Source: Heteronotia binoei (Eukaryota). Taken from it: 64,000 bases of DNA. The stretch spans positions 55,800,001 through 55,864,000 of the forward strand of contig NC_083226.1 in NCBI RefSeq assembly GCF_032191835.1, given 5' to 3'. The translations under genes and the position numbers were made by a program. Under the pieces are notes generated by a model. It was not told where the DNA came from, ran no database searches, and saw only the letters and a list, made by a program, of their open reading frames with translations. Each line of letters begins with the position of its first letter. The stretch's first letter is position 1. Of this stretch, positions 36,600 through 48,912 are shown piece by piece.

Positions 36600-37660
36600 C
36601 CTGCTATAGCTCATATTTTCCTAAGTGGGGAAAGAGTATGATGGGAGCATATGGTGTCCTCTCGACAGGCTCACAGTGGCAGTTTCTAGGCATCAGAGTT
36701 TGTACAGCAGCTCCAAGGCCAGGTATCAAAATGCAATTCCGAGGTTCAGGCACAGGATAGGCAACACTCCCAATGTCCAAAGGGAAATCCAAGAACAAGA
36801 ATACAGAGGTGCAGGCCAAGGTCAGAGACAATGAGGTCAAGCTAGAGTAGAGGCAGCAAGGTCAGTAGTTAATGGATAAGTTAGTTTCCACATAGCCTTT
36901 ACCTTCTTTGCTGTTTTTAAGCACCATGCTGGTCAGCATCTTGTACTGAATCATGAACCAGATGGCTGCCTCAGACCTGCCCCTGCAAGAAATCATCCTC
37001 ACCGTTGGTGCTGGGCTGGAGCTGTGCTACTAGGTGGGCACTGCACACTCAGCCTTGGAAATCTCTCCTCATCTTCCTCCTATGCTGTTCCCAAGGCTAT
37101 GGTGATGGTGGTGGGGTAAACTGACAGGCAGCTGACTCCCTGTTGCCAGCACGGGGCTGGGGATCTGAAGGGCCAGTGTGCTGGTTCCTGGATGAGAATT
37201 TTTATCTGCCTCCTCCTGAAGCGCCTTTGGGTTGGGGTCAGGTCTGCTGGCTGCCTCTTCCTCAGAGGAGTCTTCATTGTCTCTTTGTTCTACTGGGCTT
37301 GGATGATTCATGGCACCATTCACCCAGTGACCTTCCCATCATCTTAAATACTGCTAAAGCATATGTTCATGCATTCTGTTTGACCATTGGACTGAGGAGA
37401 GATATACCTGGGTTCCTAGAAGGGAATGTATGGCCTGCCGGAACTGAGAAGTAAATTGGACTTCACAGTCTGAAATCAAGTGTTTTGGCAGTCCATGAAG
37501 CCAAAAAATGTTGCACAAATAAAACTGCACAGTTTCACAAGTGGAGAGGCGACCAGTACAGGAGATAAAGTGAGCAGCTTTTGTGAGACAATCCACTGCT
37601 ACCAGAATGCTTATGTGGCCAATTAAATTGGGTAGGTCTCTAATGAAGTCTATGGGCATT
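36600..37660 (-). mobile_element. Second Gypsy remnant (Ty3-type integrase core plus LTR-like sequence)
   Basis: ORF 37354-37659: IDFIRDLP..ILVAVDCLTKAAHFISC..IFWLHGLPKHLISD..QFTSQF..LLGTQVYLSS. Confidence 0.75.
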
Positions 37661-37986
37661 TATTTATTTATTCATTCATTCCGTAACTTATATCCCGCCC
37701 TTCCCACAAGTGGCTCAGGGCGGCTTACAACAAATAATAAAACAATAAAATCGGAACAAATTAATACATTTAAATACATTTAAATGAATAGTCAAGGGCC
37801 TGCAGGAGTGGACAAAGGTTGCAGCACCTCTGTGGGCTTTCTTGGTTGGTTCTTTGCTCATTGAAAGACTTCGAAGGATGCAGAATATTGAGTTACATTA
37901 ACCTGGACTGGAAGCCACCAAAACAGGAGGTGTAGAGTCTTATAGCTCCTGAAGTGAATGGATTGACATCATTCACCAGATGTAGA

Positions 37987-38765
37987 ACTTCTTTATGAAC
38001 ATACATTAAATGACTATATAAGGATATAAGAATTCATCTAAACATATATTTGGATACAATAAACTCATTGCAAGGTCCACCTACACAAGAATAGTAACTC
38101 GTACACAATTATTTACAAAGGTGCCAGAGTTTCTTTTCCAGAAAATACAATTTGTGACACGCTTCCAGTAAAAATAGGCACGTTTCAATGGCAATTCTTC
38201 ATCCGACAAAAAACTAATTTTTATGAAACCACCACTCAATTCATTATATGTATGTGTCAATTACACAAGGCAATAGTTCTTTTTAGCAGCTGACTTGCCG
38301 CGGTCTGATAAGAATTAAACCTGGAACCAGTGCTCTATAAGCTGCAAACACCATGTTACTGGTCAGTTACTCAAAAATGGCACTGTCGGTTCTCTATAAG
38401 TGTTTGCAGCTTATAGAGCACTGTTTCCAGGTTTAATTCTTATCAGACCACAGCAAGTCGGCCACTAAAGAGAACTGTTGCCTTGTAAAATTAACACATA
38501 CATGTAATGAATTGAGCTGTGGTTCCATAAAAAATTAGTTTTTTGTCAGATGAAAAATTGCCATTGAAACATGCCTATTTTTACTGGAAGTGTGTCACAA
38601 ATTGTATTTTCTGGAAAAGAAACTCTGGCACCTTTGTAAATAATTGTGTACGAGTTACTATTCTTGTGAAGGTGGACCTTGCAATGAGTTTATTGTATCC
38701 AAATATATGTTTAGATGAATTCTTATATCCTTATATAGTCATTTAATGTATGTTCATAAAGAAGT
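37987..38765. repeat. Long palindrome: 365-bp arms with a 48-bp spacer
   Basis: 37987-38351 is the reverse complement of 38400-38765. No TSD at the outer ends. Confidence 0.95.
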
Positions 38766-38889
38766 ATTTGTAAATTGTTCAATTTTATGTTATAAAGAGT
38801 TATAACTATGATACAAAGTATATGGTGATATTCTTAAGTAACAGTAATTGGTGATATAGCTTTAACGCCACAAACACAGTTTTCTCATA

Positions 38890-39710
38890 GAGCGTTTTCG
38901 CACTAGCGTTTACTCCGGCGTAGCACCCCATTTACCTCCGGATCTTTTCCTGGTTTTCCCACTTGTTGCTCCGGCGCTGCGGTTTGCTCCAGCGCTTCAG
39001 GGGTTTCACGCCGGAGTATGTTTTTCAACATCCTTCCAGAGTTTTTGAAAACCTCCGGATCCACACCGGATCCACTCCTCGGAGTTTGCTGTGGGAAATC
39101 CATCCACGCCGGATCGACTGCTTTGTGGGCGTCACCCTCTCCCTTTCCGTCCTCCCACCCCATCCACCCCCTTGGCCAATCATCAGCCGTTCGCGGCGCT
39201 TCCCAAAAGTGCCCGCACGGCCATTTTTTTTTAAACTTCATATTTCTTGCGTAATAGCGATATTTCGAAATTAACAAAAAAAACCCCCTCCTGCGTTATT
39301 TCGCTGTTGCGTTATCTCGCAACTACATTATACATTGTTGGGGGGGGGAGAAATCTAGTGCCGGCGCGGGCCAAAGCGTTCATGTGTGTGTGTTTTCAAA
39401 AGGCAATGCCTCCCTCAGCTGTGCCACCAGGATTTCTCGACCTGCACAAAATCGCCATGTATAAAATGGGAAGTTGGAGTCCTGCATTCTTCTCCCTGGC
39501 TACATTCCGCTCGGTTAGAAAATAGACGCGAGCTCGCTCTTCACACGCGCCACAGAAGGGGAAGGAGAGAATGGGGCGAAGGGGGGGAGCTCTGGCGGCA
39601 GGAATCAGTCGGGTCCCCGTTGCAAGCGCCAGCCAGGGAGGGGAAAGAGCGCAGAGGAAATCCCAGCTTCGCCACCCGGGAGGGACCGAGGCTGGGAAAG
39701 GAAGAAGCTG

Positions 39711-39744
<34 letters not shown>

Positions 39745-40175
39745 CGATTTCTCTCTCTTCGTTATTGCGATATTTCGCAACTTCGGAATTTGGGGGGGGG
39801 GGAATCTAGTGCTGGGATTCTCCACTGTGAATGCTTCTGTTAATACATAAAGGGCTGTGGAGGATCCTACAGCTACAGCCAATCCATGAGCAGAAGCAGC
39901 ACACGTGATGCGGTTTGTGCACGAAAAGAAGGGGAAGGAACAGCTCTGACTGCTCGATGTTACGTTATTACGTCCTTACGCAACCAGACTTGCGCTTAAA
40001 AAAAAATGATTGACAGGGCATTGAACTCAAGTCGATGCCAGTGGGAAAACGATTTGAGCCGGGGCTTCATGGAAAGCAACTCCGCAAATGAGTCCATGTG
40101 CGAAAACGAGGAAAATGAGCCGGACATAATTGCGCCGTGGAATAAGGGGAGCAAACGCTAAGTGCGAAAACACCC
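38890..40175. mobile_element. ~1.3-kb non-autonomous DNA transposon, same terminal motif as the 10981 hairpin (Harbinger-like)
   Basis: GAGCGTTTTCGCACTAGCGTTT ... AAACGCTAAGTGCGAAAACACCC. 3-bp TSD ATA at 38887-38889 and 40176-40178. CpG-rich, with an internal (CA)n. Confidence 0.75.
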
Positions 40176-40444
40176 ATAGTCTTCAACCTTTCTTCCCTTT
40201 TTTGCCACCCACCTGGGAATTGGCAACACTAAACAGTGGGTCAGTATTCAGAGGCTGACTGAGGTCCCAATGCTAAGCACACTTAACCACACATTAAGTT
40301 TCTCCTTGACCTCCAGGAGCCACACAATTTATGTGAGAGCCGCATGTGGCTCCAGATTCAGTTTGGCCACCCCTGCTCTAAATCTTTACAACAGCCTTTT
40401 AAGGTAGAGCAGCTATATTTTCCCCAAATTCCAAACTTGATGTT

Positions 40445-40696
40445 AAAAAGGTAAAGTAGTCCCCTATGCAAGCACCAGTTGTTTCTGACTCTGGGGTGAT
40501 TTTACATCATTACGTTTTCATGGCAGACTTTTTATGGGGTGGTTTGCCATTGGCTTCCCCAGTCATGTAAACTTTACCCCCAACAAGCTGGGTACTCATT
40601 TTACCAACCTTGGAAAGATGGAAGGCTGAGTCAACCTTGAGCTGGCTACCTGAACCCAGTTTCCGCAGAGCTTGGACTGCAGTACCACAGAGCTCT
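40445..40696 (-). mobile_element. Sauria SINE
   Basis: Minus strand GGTTGACTCAGCCTTCCATC..GGTAAAATGAGTACCCAGCTTG and BovB-like tail CCCCAGAGTCAGAAACAACT..ACTTTACCTTTT. Confidence 0.8.
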
Positions 40697-40820
40697 GTAA
40701 TGATGTTAGCCTAGCAGTTAATGGTTCAGCTAAAGCCACCTGATGAATGAATGGCAGGAACAAAATCTGAACAGAGATTGATTTCTCACTTCACACAGTC
40801 TTATTTCTTAGCTGCTACTC

Positions 40821-40978
40821 CAGGCCTTGGTTGCAGCAGGAGCTCAAAGGAATGCAGCTCCTGAAACTTTCCCCCTCCTCCTCCCCACCTACCTACCTTG
40901 TCTATTGAATAGTAGGTGCAGCTACATAACAATCCCTGGATGAGCTCCACCACCTATTTTTCTACAAAATGGCCCCTG
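40821..40978. mobile_element. Short hAT-like MITE
   Basis: CAGGCC...CTACAAAATGGCCCCTG. Flanks TGCTACTC and TACTACTA match 6/8. A related sequence lies at ~12620. Confidence 0.5.
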
Positions 40979-42104
40979 TACTACTATCTACATAATGTAT
41001 GTAGATATATATAGATTGCTACAATTTCACCATCCTAGCAGTTTGTTTGAAAACTCAGTCTGACGTTTACCTTGATACAGTAAATAATCTTTGGCTATTT
41101 CTTGTGTTTCTGAACCATTCATGAGACAAGGAAATAAAGTTGTTCTTAGGGTTCACAACTTCACAGAAGCTCACATACTGAAAGCAGACTGTCCTGGGAT
41201 GCTGCTCATGTTGTTGAAAGAGTTATGGGCCTCCAAGCATGTCAGTGCAAGAATATAGTCAGTCCATAATGAAATGTCTTTGTCAGAGCTATATATCCTT
41301 AGTACCCAGCCACATATGCCAAAGAATTAATGAAACCTGTCGCATATTTTTTCTACCCTGTGGAACTATCTGCTAAAGTAATATCTGATGATAAATTGAG
41401 TTTATGGTGAACTGCTAGGGTTCAATCTTTGGCTGTAAATCTCCCAAGTTAACTTCTCCTAGTGCTCAAGCCAAATTCAGTGAGGTATACACCAAATGTC
41501 ATTTGAATCAAATTCATCCTGACATCGTAATATACCCTGTGAAATCCTTCTTTAAGTGAGGGTCACAAATAGTTCATAACACATGTGATGTACATTAACA
41601 CTGCAGTTTCACAGTATAATTAAATGCTGTATTTTAGCTCTATGTTTTATGTAATGGAAGTTGATATTTTCAGTGCAGAACAATATTCTGAACGCCTATG
41701 AATATTCGTAAGATGAGTATGTTGTTGGCTATACCTTCAGTTTCGTGATCACTATCTTATTAGCACAGATAAACCATTTATCAGAAAAATCCAGTAATCT
41801 CCCCTATAATATCATTCTCCAGACAGACTGGACACAGTTCACCTACTCTCCCACTGGCTGAGCTGCCTGTTGCTCAATTTTCAATGGAGAGCAACCGCTA
41901 CCTTCCAGCCCCAGGACAGATAAGGATTGAACTACTGCTTTGAAGAGGAGAGAAAGACTTCCCTCGATTAATGGAGAGGAGGAGGAAAGAACTAGAGAAA
42001 GCCTTCCCTCAATTAGCTGAGGGCTCCTTCCTTTCCTCCTCTGGTAGAGAAACAGCCAGAGGTGGCGGGTGGGGGTGGGATTGCATCCTCTGGCAGCAGA
42101 CCAG

Positions 42105-43650
42105 ATAAGAACATAAGAGAAGCCATGTTGGATCAGGCCAATGGCCCATCCAGTCCAACACTCTGTGTCACACAGTGGCCAATATGTGTATGTATGTGTG
42201 TGTATACACACACACACATACACATACATACATATACACACACACACATATATATATACTGTGGCTAATAGCCACTGATGGACCTCTGCTCCATATTTTT
42301 ATCCAATCCCCTCTTAAAGCTGGCTATGCTTGTAGCCGCCACCACCTCCTGTGGCAGTGAATTCCACATGTTAATCACCCTTTGGGTGAAGAAGTACTTC
42401 CTTTTATCCGTTTTAACCTGACTGCTCAGCAATTTCATTGAATGCCCACGAGTTCTTGTATTGTGAGAAAGGGAGAAAAGTACTTCTTTCTCTACTTTCT
42501 CCATCCCATGCATAATCTTGTAAACCTCTATCATGTCACTCCGCAGTTGACGTTTCTCCAAGCTAAAGAGCCCCAAGCATTTTAGCCTTTCTTCATAGGG
42601 AAAGTGTTCCAAACCTTTAATCATTCTAGTTGTCATTTTCTGCACTTTTTCCAATGCTATAATATCCTTTTTGAGGCACGATGACCAGAATTGTACACAG
42701 TATTCCAAATGAGACTGCACCATCGATTTATACAGGGGCATTATGATACTGGCTGATTTGTTTTCAATTTCCTTCCTAATAATTCCCAGCATGGCGTTTG
42801 CCTTTTTTATTGCAATCACACACTATCTTGACATTTTCAGTGAGTTATCTATCATGATCCCAAGATCTCTCTCAAGGTCAGTCTCTGCCAGTTCACACCC
42901 CATCAACTTGTATTTGTAGCTGGGATTCTTGGCCCCAATGTGCATTACTTTGCATTTGGCCACATTGAACCTCATCTGCCACGTTGACGTCCATTCACCC
43001 AGCCTCAACAGATCCCTTTGGAGTGGCTCACAATCCTCTCTGGTTCTCACCACCCTGAGCAATTTAGTGTCATCTGCAAACCTGGCCACTTCACTGCTTA
43101 CTCCCAACTTCAGATCATTAATGAACAAGTTAAAGAGCATGGGACCCAGTACTGAGTCCTGCGGCACCCCACTGCTTACTGTCTTCCACTGTGAAGACTG
43201 CCCATTTATACTCACTCTCTGCTTCCTATTAATTAGCCAGTTTTTGATCCACAAGAGGACTTGTCCTTTTACTCCATGACACTCAAGCTTACTAAGGAGC
43301 CTTTGATAAGGAACTTTATCAAAAGCTTTCTGGAAGTCAAGGTAAACAACATCTATTGGGTCCCCTTTGTCCACATGTTTGTTCACCTCCTCAAAGAACT
43401 GTAATAGGTTAGTGAGGCAAGATCTTCCCTTACAGAACCCATGCTGAGTATTCCTCAATAACTTGTATTCATCAATGTGCCTACTCATTCTGTCCTTGAT
43501 AATGCTTTCTACCAACTTTCCAGGTATTGAAGTCAGACTGACTGGCTGGTAATTTCCCGGATCTCCTCTGGAACCCTTTTTAAAGATGGGGGTGGCATTT
43601 GCTACCTTCCAGTCCTCAGGAACGGAGGCAGATTTCAATGAAAGATTACA
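42105..43650 (-). mobile_element. CR1 LINE 3' 1.5 kb, RT nearly intact (one in-frame stop), microsatellite inside the 3'UTR
   Basis: ORFs 42823-43638 (GNYQPVSLTS..QHGF..YLDFQKAFDKV..GVPQDSVLGPMLF..FADDTKL) and 42265-42819. TTCTTATG-type tail at 42105-42120. Confidence 0.95.
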
Positions 43651-43794
43651 GATACAGAGAGGGAAAGCTAGAAAGAAAGAGAGAATGAAGTCCTGTGCTT
43701 AAGACTAACAACGTTATCAAAGAGAGAGACCATGTTAGTCTGAAAGGTATCACTAAAGGCTTTTGAGGGAGGAGTCATTGGGGCCCGTCCTGAC

Positions 43795-44015
43795 TAGGGA
43801 TGCCAGTTCCAGGTTGGTGAGAAATTCTTGATGATTTTGTAGTGGAGTTTGAGGAGGCTAGGGTTTGGAGAGGGGAAAGGTCTCAACTGAATATAATGCC
43901 ATAGAGTCTACCCTCCAAAGCAGTTAATTTATCTAGAGGGAGACAGATCTGTTGTGTGGAGTTCAGTTGTGATACCAGGAGATCTTCAGGCTCCACCTGG
44001 AAGTTTATTATCCTA
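43795..44015. mobile_element. Short TAGGGTTGCCA-family MITE
   Basis: TAGGGATGCCAG...TTATCCTA, ~220 bp. Further partial copies at 44331-44490 and 44500-44610. Confidence 0.65.
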
Positions 44016-44846
44016 TGCCTGGCTGCTTGCTAGTGTTCATCAGCAGCCCCCCATGACAGCCAGTGTGGTATAGGAGTTAGGGCTTCAGCCAGACCCAGAT
44101 TCTTATTGTGGAAGCTGACTGGGTGATTTTGGACCTGTCACAGAGTTTCAGCCTAACTTACCTCACAGGGTTGTTGTGCAGATCAAAGGGTGGATATGAG
44201 AATGATGTAAGCTGCTTTGTCCCCACCACCACCACCACTGTGGAGAAATACTGTGCTTTTCCTAGGTAGAGGCTGCAGGTAACAGTGAGTAGATGGAAAG
44301 TTGAAGTCAGAGAGACCAGGGAAGGAGATGGGGTTGCCAACTCCAGGTTAGGAAATTCCTGGAGATTTGAGAGGTGGAGCCTGGAGAAGGTGGGATTGAG
44401 GAGGGGTGGGACCTCAGACAGTTACAATGCCATATCTCTAAACCAGCCATTTTCTCCTGGGGAACCATTGTTATTAAGATCCAGGTGAGGGCTGCAGATC
44501 ACTCAGAATTATAACTGCTCTCCAAATGACAGATAACATCTCCCCTGGTGAAATAGCTGCTTTGCAGGGTGGACTCTGTGCCATTATACCCTGCTGAGGA
44601 TGCCCCCCCACCTCACTTTGGTCCGCACTGTGATTTCAGACCAGTCGCAGACTTTCAGTCTTAACATACTTCACAGGGTTGTTGTGCAGATCAAAAGAGG
44701 GAGAGGAGAAGATGAAAGGTGCTTTGGTCCACACTGTGGAGAAAAAACTCCTTTTTCTAGGTAGCGGTTGCAGAGAGGGGTGAGATGTTATTAATGTTAT
44801 CTGTTTGTTTTGTCTTTTCCCCACCATTTGTATGAAATGCATATGA

Positions 44847-46590
44847 CAGGTATGTCCAACAAGTAGATCACGATCTATCAGTAGATCGCGGAGGAGTCAG
44901 AGGTAGATCACCAGCCCCACTTGGTCTCATGGTTTGCTGGACAGGTGTTTGGGGTTTTTTGGATGATTGTTTGGTGTAGTGGTATTTGATTATTGGTGCG
45001 AGTATGATGAATTCTTATTTTTACTTTTAGAATTGCATTTGTGGTTTTGGCACCATCCAGAGGTCTTCAGTCCTGTTGATCTTTAATATTTTGGGACAGT
45101 GACAGTTTTGGACCAAATTCAGCCAGTGTTAACTTAGCACCCCAACCACCCCGGTATAACGAAGATGAGTGTTCCAAAGAAGAGCAAAACCTACCACTTT
45201 CATGATGAATGGGAAATGGACTACTTCTTCATCATGGTGAAAGACAAGTGTTGTTGTCTACTTTGTAATGGCGCTGTATTCTTGCCCAAAAAGGGTAATC
45301 TGGAGCATCATTATAAGGCTCTACATAGCAAGAAGTTTGATGCTGATTTTCCACCCAAAAGTGAAATTTGTAAACTGAAGCTCAAAGAACTTAAAACTAA
45401 ATTGGCTGCACAGCAACAGCTGAAGGCGAAGCGAAGGTCACATTCGGTCAATGCAACCATGGCATCCTTCAAGGTCAGCAACCTGATCACAAAGAAATGC
45501 AAACCTTTCAATGAAGGAGAATTTGTAAAAGATTATTTTCTTGATGAGGAGTGATATGAACCTTGAACTACAAGGTAAAAACTAATGCATTGGCGAGATG
45601 ATGAGTACAGTTTCATCCTACAAGAGCAAATTTGAGCTAATGATGACTGACTTTGCAAACAACACTTTTGATCATTTTCCTAATATGCAGGACCATCTGG
45701 GACAATACCCAAATTTTATTTTTCAGAACGAGAAGTATGTGACAGAAATCTGCTCTTATCCAGGAATTCGAAAAAAGATTCTGTGACTTCCAAAGAATTG
45801 AAAAAGTTGTGGAGTGCTTGTCATACTCATTCAAAGCAGATATGGACATTAAGGAAACTGCAGCTGCTATCAGTAAAAATTACTCATTGAAAAAGGTATC
45901 TCTTGAAAACGAAATAGTAACCCTTAAAAATGACATTTTTCTCAGGACACGTGCTGAGCAAGAATCATTTTGGAAGCTAATGCCTAGAGACAAATTTTCC
46001 AACTTGAGAAGATGCAGTGAAGCTGTACACTCCTGTTTCAGTTCAACTTATTTGTGTGAATCTGTGTTTTCCCATCTGAAAATGACGGAGAGTACACAGC
46101 GTTCCAACATGACAGATGAACATCTCCAGGATTCCCTGAGACTGGCGCTCATGCAATATTCACCCAACTTCAAAAAGCTGGTGGATGAAATGCAGGCTCA
46201 AACGTCTCACTAATTAGCAAGAGTGAAGTTTTAAAGATAGCGCAAGATCAGCCTGGATCAATACATGACCTACATTTAACACAAATTACTCAATAAATAT
46301 TAAAGAAAGTTATTAAAACAGTTAAAGAAAGTTATAACAATAAAAATTTAAGAAAAACTGTTCGCAGTTCTTTCTGGATCTTCGTCTCTCTGTTTTGTTT
46401 TTGCTTATTTTGCTTACCAGTAAATGACAGCAGGTGCATTGTAAATGGGGGGACGGGCGGTGGAACCCAACTTTGGTGGGTTAAAATCTAATTCGAAACT
46501 AATTTGAGACTTAATTTTTATGGTGGTAGATCATCAGCACTTTTGTCCAGAAAAAATAGATCACGACCTGTTCTAAGTTGGACATGTCTG
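44847..46590 (+). mobile_element. hAT (Charlie/Buster-type) DNA transposon, internally deleted
   Basis: TIRs CAGGTATGTCCAAC (44847-44860) and GTTGGACATGTCTG (46577-46590). Subterminal GTAGATC motifs at both ends. Both 8-bp flanks have a central TA. Confidence 0.92.
45165..46213 (+). pseudogene. hAT transposase pseudogene (GTF2IRD2/Buster-like): N-terminal zinc-finger part fused to the C-terminal dimerisation part
   Basis: W.MDYFF..KCCCLLC..KKGNLEHHYKALH..KPFNEGEFVK (45165-45554); then NLELQGK..FDHFPN and FWK..FSNLRR..FSSTYLCESVFSHLK..RSNMTDEHL (45809-46213). Confidence 0.88.
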
Positions 46591-46889
46591 ATATATATCC
46601 TATTTCTATGACATTTTATTAGCTGGTTAGATGATTATACCCTACTTTTCTGTCGGATTCAAAATAGATTATAAAACAAAAGCAAAAATAAATTCAGACA
46701 AAAATATTCAATGTATTGTTCCTATATCCATGGCTAGTACTGGCTTTAGTAGTCCTCAGGGTCACAGGCTAAAAGCCAAAGAACCAGTAGCCAGTTTGGA
46801 GTGTGGCAAAGGCTTGCAGCCTAAATACCATTTTAGGAAGAGAAACAAGCCAGATCTTATTCAATTGGCAAAAAGATTTTTCCAGTTTT

Positions 46890-47258
46890 CAGGGCAGGAT
46901 TAAACCCTGTGGAGGCCCCTAGGCAGTCAAAATCTCAAGGGGACCCTTGCAAATTATACCAGAGTTGGAGCGGCCACCCTGCTGCCTATGGCCCCTGCTG
47001 CAACCTGCAGGCACCTTCTGAAAAACCCCTTTGACAAAGCTGCAGGGGAGATGCAGAGAGAGGCAAACTTGGTGATGATGCCAGCATCAGCTTCACTAGG
47101 CAAGTCAGGCAAAGAGTGGCTCAGTTGCTGGCTGTGCATGCAGACTGGGAGGGCTGTAAGCAAGGGAAGAACCAGGGGGAGAAGACAGCCCAGGGCTCCT
47201 AAAGGTATGGGGGTCCATAGGCCAGTGCCTACTTGGCCTAATTGTTAATCCAGCCCTG
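46890..47258. mobile_element. hAT MITE, CAGGGCCGGATT-type termini
   Basis: CAGGGCAGGATTAA...TTAATCCAGCCCTG. Perfect TSD CCAGTTTT at 46882-46889 and 47259-47266. Confidence 0.9.
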
Positions 47259-48637
47259 CCAGTTTTCATCCCTGGCCATAGAAGTTTCTGACCATACAGA
47301 AGTTAGTTACCTGTAACCATTCTCAGAGCAAAAAGATGTTTCCAAACCTTTCTCCCTGTTTTTCATTTATGCAATGGAATAAGAACAGGTGTAAATGTTT
47401 CTATTGGATTTCATTATTGCTGTCAGGAAAAAAAAGCAACTACAATTTTATTCTAAACCATGGCAGAAACTGTAACTTCTGATTTTTTTAAAAAATAATA
47501 TTTGTGAGATCTGGTAAGATTCCTAAACGAAATGTTTTATTTCTAGATTTATTAGTGTATCAGATAATCCCTTTGCATTGATGTTCAAACTTTTGTATAA
47601 TCTTGGGATATGGTATTTTGTAGGGCAAGGAACAGCATTACTAAATAAAATATGACTACTGCATTTAAGAGAGGTTATTAGTTATATTTTGTGAACATGG
47701 CAGCACATTTAATGCTTGATTTCTTTTCAAGAAAAGCTGCTGTCCTAATCATTCTTCCACCTACTCAGGAAGAAAAACCCTCCAATCCTATTTGCTATTA
47801 AAGAAGCATGACATCATCCTTAAAAACTATTATTCTGGAAGCGCTGAAAAGAAACTCAAAAATATAGATGTGCACAGGGTTCTGTATCTCTTTTTCTTCA
47901 TACAGTAGCTCGAATAGGAATGTAGTTATTAAGTTGTGAGTTTATTGAACAAAAAAAAGTAAAAACAGAACAGCGCACACACATACACGCTGATTCAGCT
48001 TTCATGGTATTTTCTAACTAGTATATCCATGAGGGTTTTCCTATCAGTCAGTTTTTGCAGATATTGACATTCTGTGTATTTCTTGTCACTATCTTTGTCA
48101 GTAATTCAGAGGAACACTAATAACAATGCAACAACAATCTTTTATTGCCTTTTAAAAGGTTCTGTAATGTGTAATTTATGGAATACACTTGCTATTATTT
48201 TTATTAAGTAGTCATATAATGTACAATATTCTGAATGCCAGCATGCTACTACAGCAGAGAAAAGAAACTTAAGCGATGTTAGTTGCAGATATTTTAGGCC
48301 CATGTCATATACAAATATTCTGAATGGCATTTAACTATATTACTGTCAGTGGGTGTGAGTCTTCAAAATCCATGTTATAGCTTCCTTATTCCCTGTCTGA
48401 TTCCTCTTCTAAAAGGCATTTTATATTGTGTACAAAGCAGAATGTTCTGTAGTGTCTTCATTGCAAGAAGAATTTGATTTACATAAGCATTTTGAAATGT
48501 TACAGTGCAAATGTATCACTTAAAACTAATACAATCCATATATACCAATTACAGTTAACAGCCAAATTTTGTATATTATTCTTATATAATGATCATAAAG
48601 TATGTTATTCTAAAAGGCATTTTAACTCATTCTTAAG

Positions 48638-48717
48638 AGAACATAAGAACATAAGAGAAGCCATGTTAGATCAGGCCAATGGCCCATCCAGTCCAACATT
48701 CTGTGTCACACAGCGGC

Positions 48718-48806
<89 letters not shown>

Positions 48807-48912
48807 ACTGTGGCTAATAGCCACTGATGGACCTCTGCTCCATATTTTTATCTAACCCCCTCTTGAAGGTGGCCATGCTTGTGGCCGCCACCACCTCCTG
48901 TGGCAGTGAATT
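48638..48912 (-). mobile_element. CR1 3' end with an internal (TA)n(CA)n microsatellite
   Basis: Collinear with 42105-42365, with the microsatellite at the same position (48720-48810). Confidence 0.85.

Noticed and set aside
38543-38576. Hammerhead-like C(A/G)GATGA..GAAAC motif in the palindrome arms
   Set aside because: U4 is absent in both arms, stem II pairs poorly, the triplet would be GUG and there is no stem I.
44847-46590. Assignment to SPIN specifically
   Set aside because: The TIR (CAGGTATGTCCAAC) differs from the SPIN terminus as I recall it; only the Charlie/Buster group is supported.
47731-47880. Open stretch KSCCPNHSSTYSGRKTLQSYLLLKKHDIILKNYY.. after TTTTCAAG
   Set aside because: No convincing donor site and no recognised protein, so it is not called as an exon.
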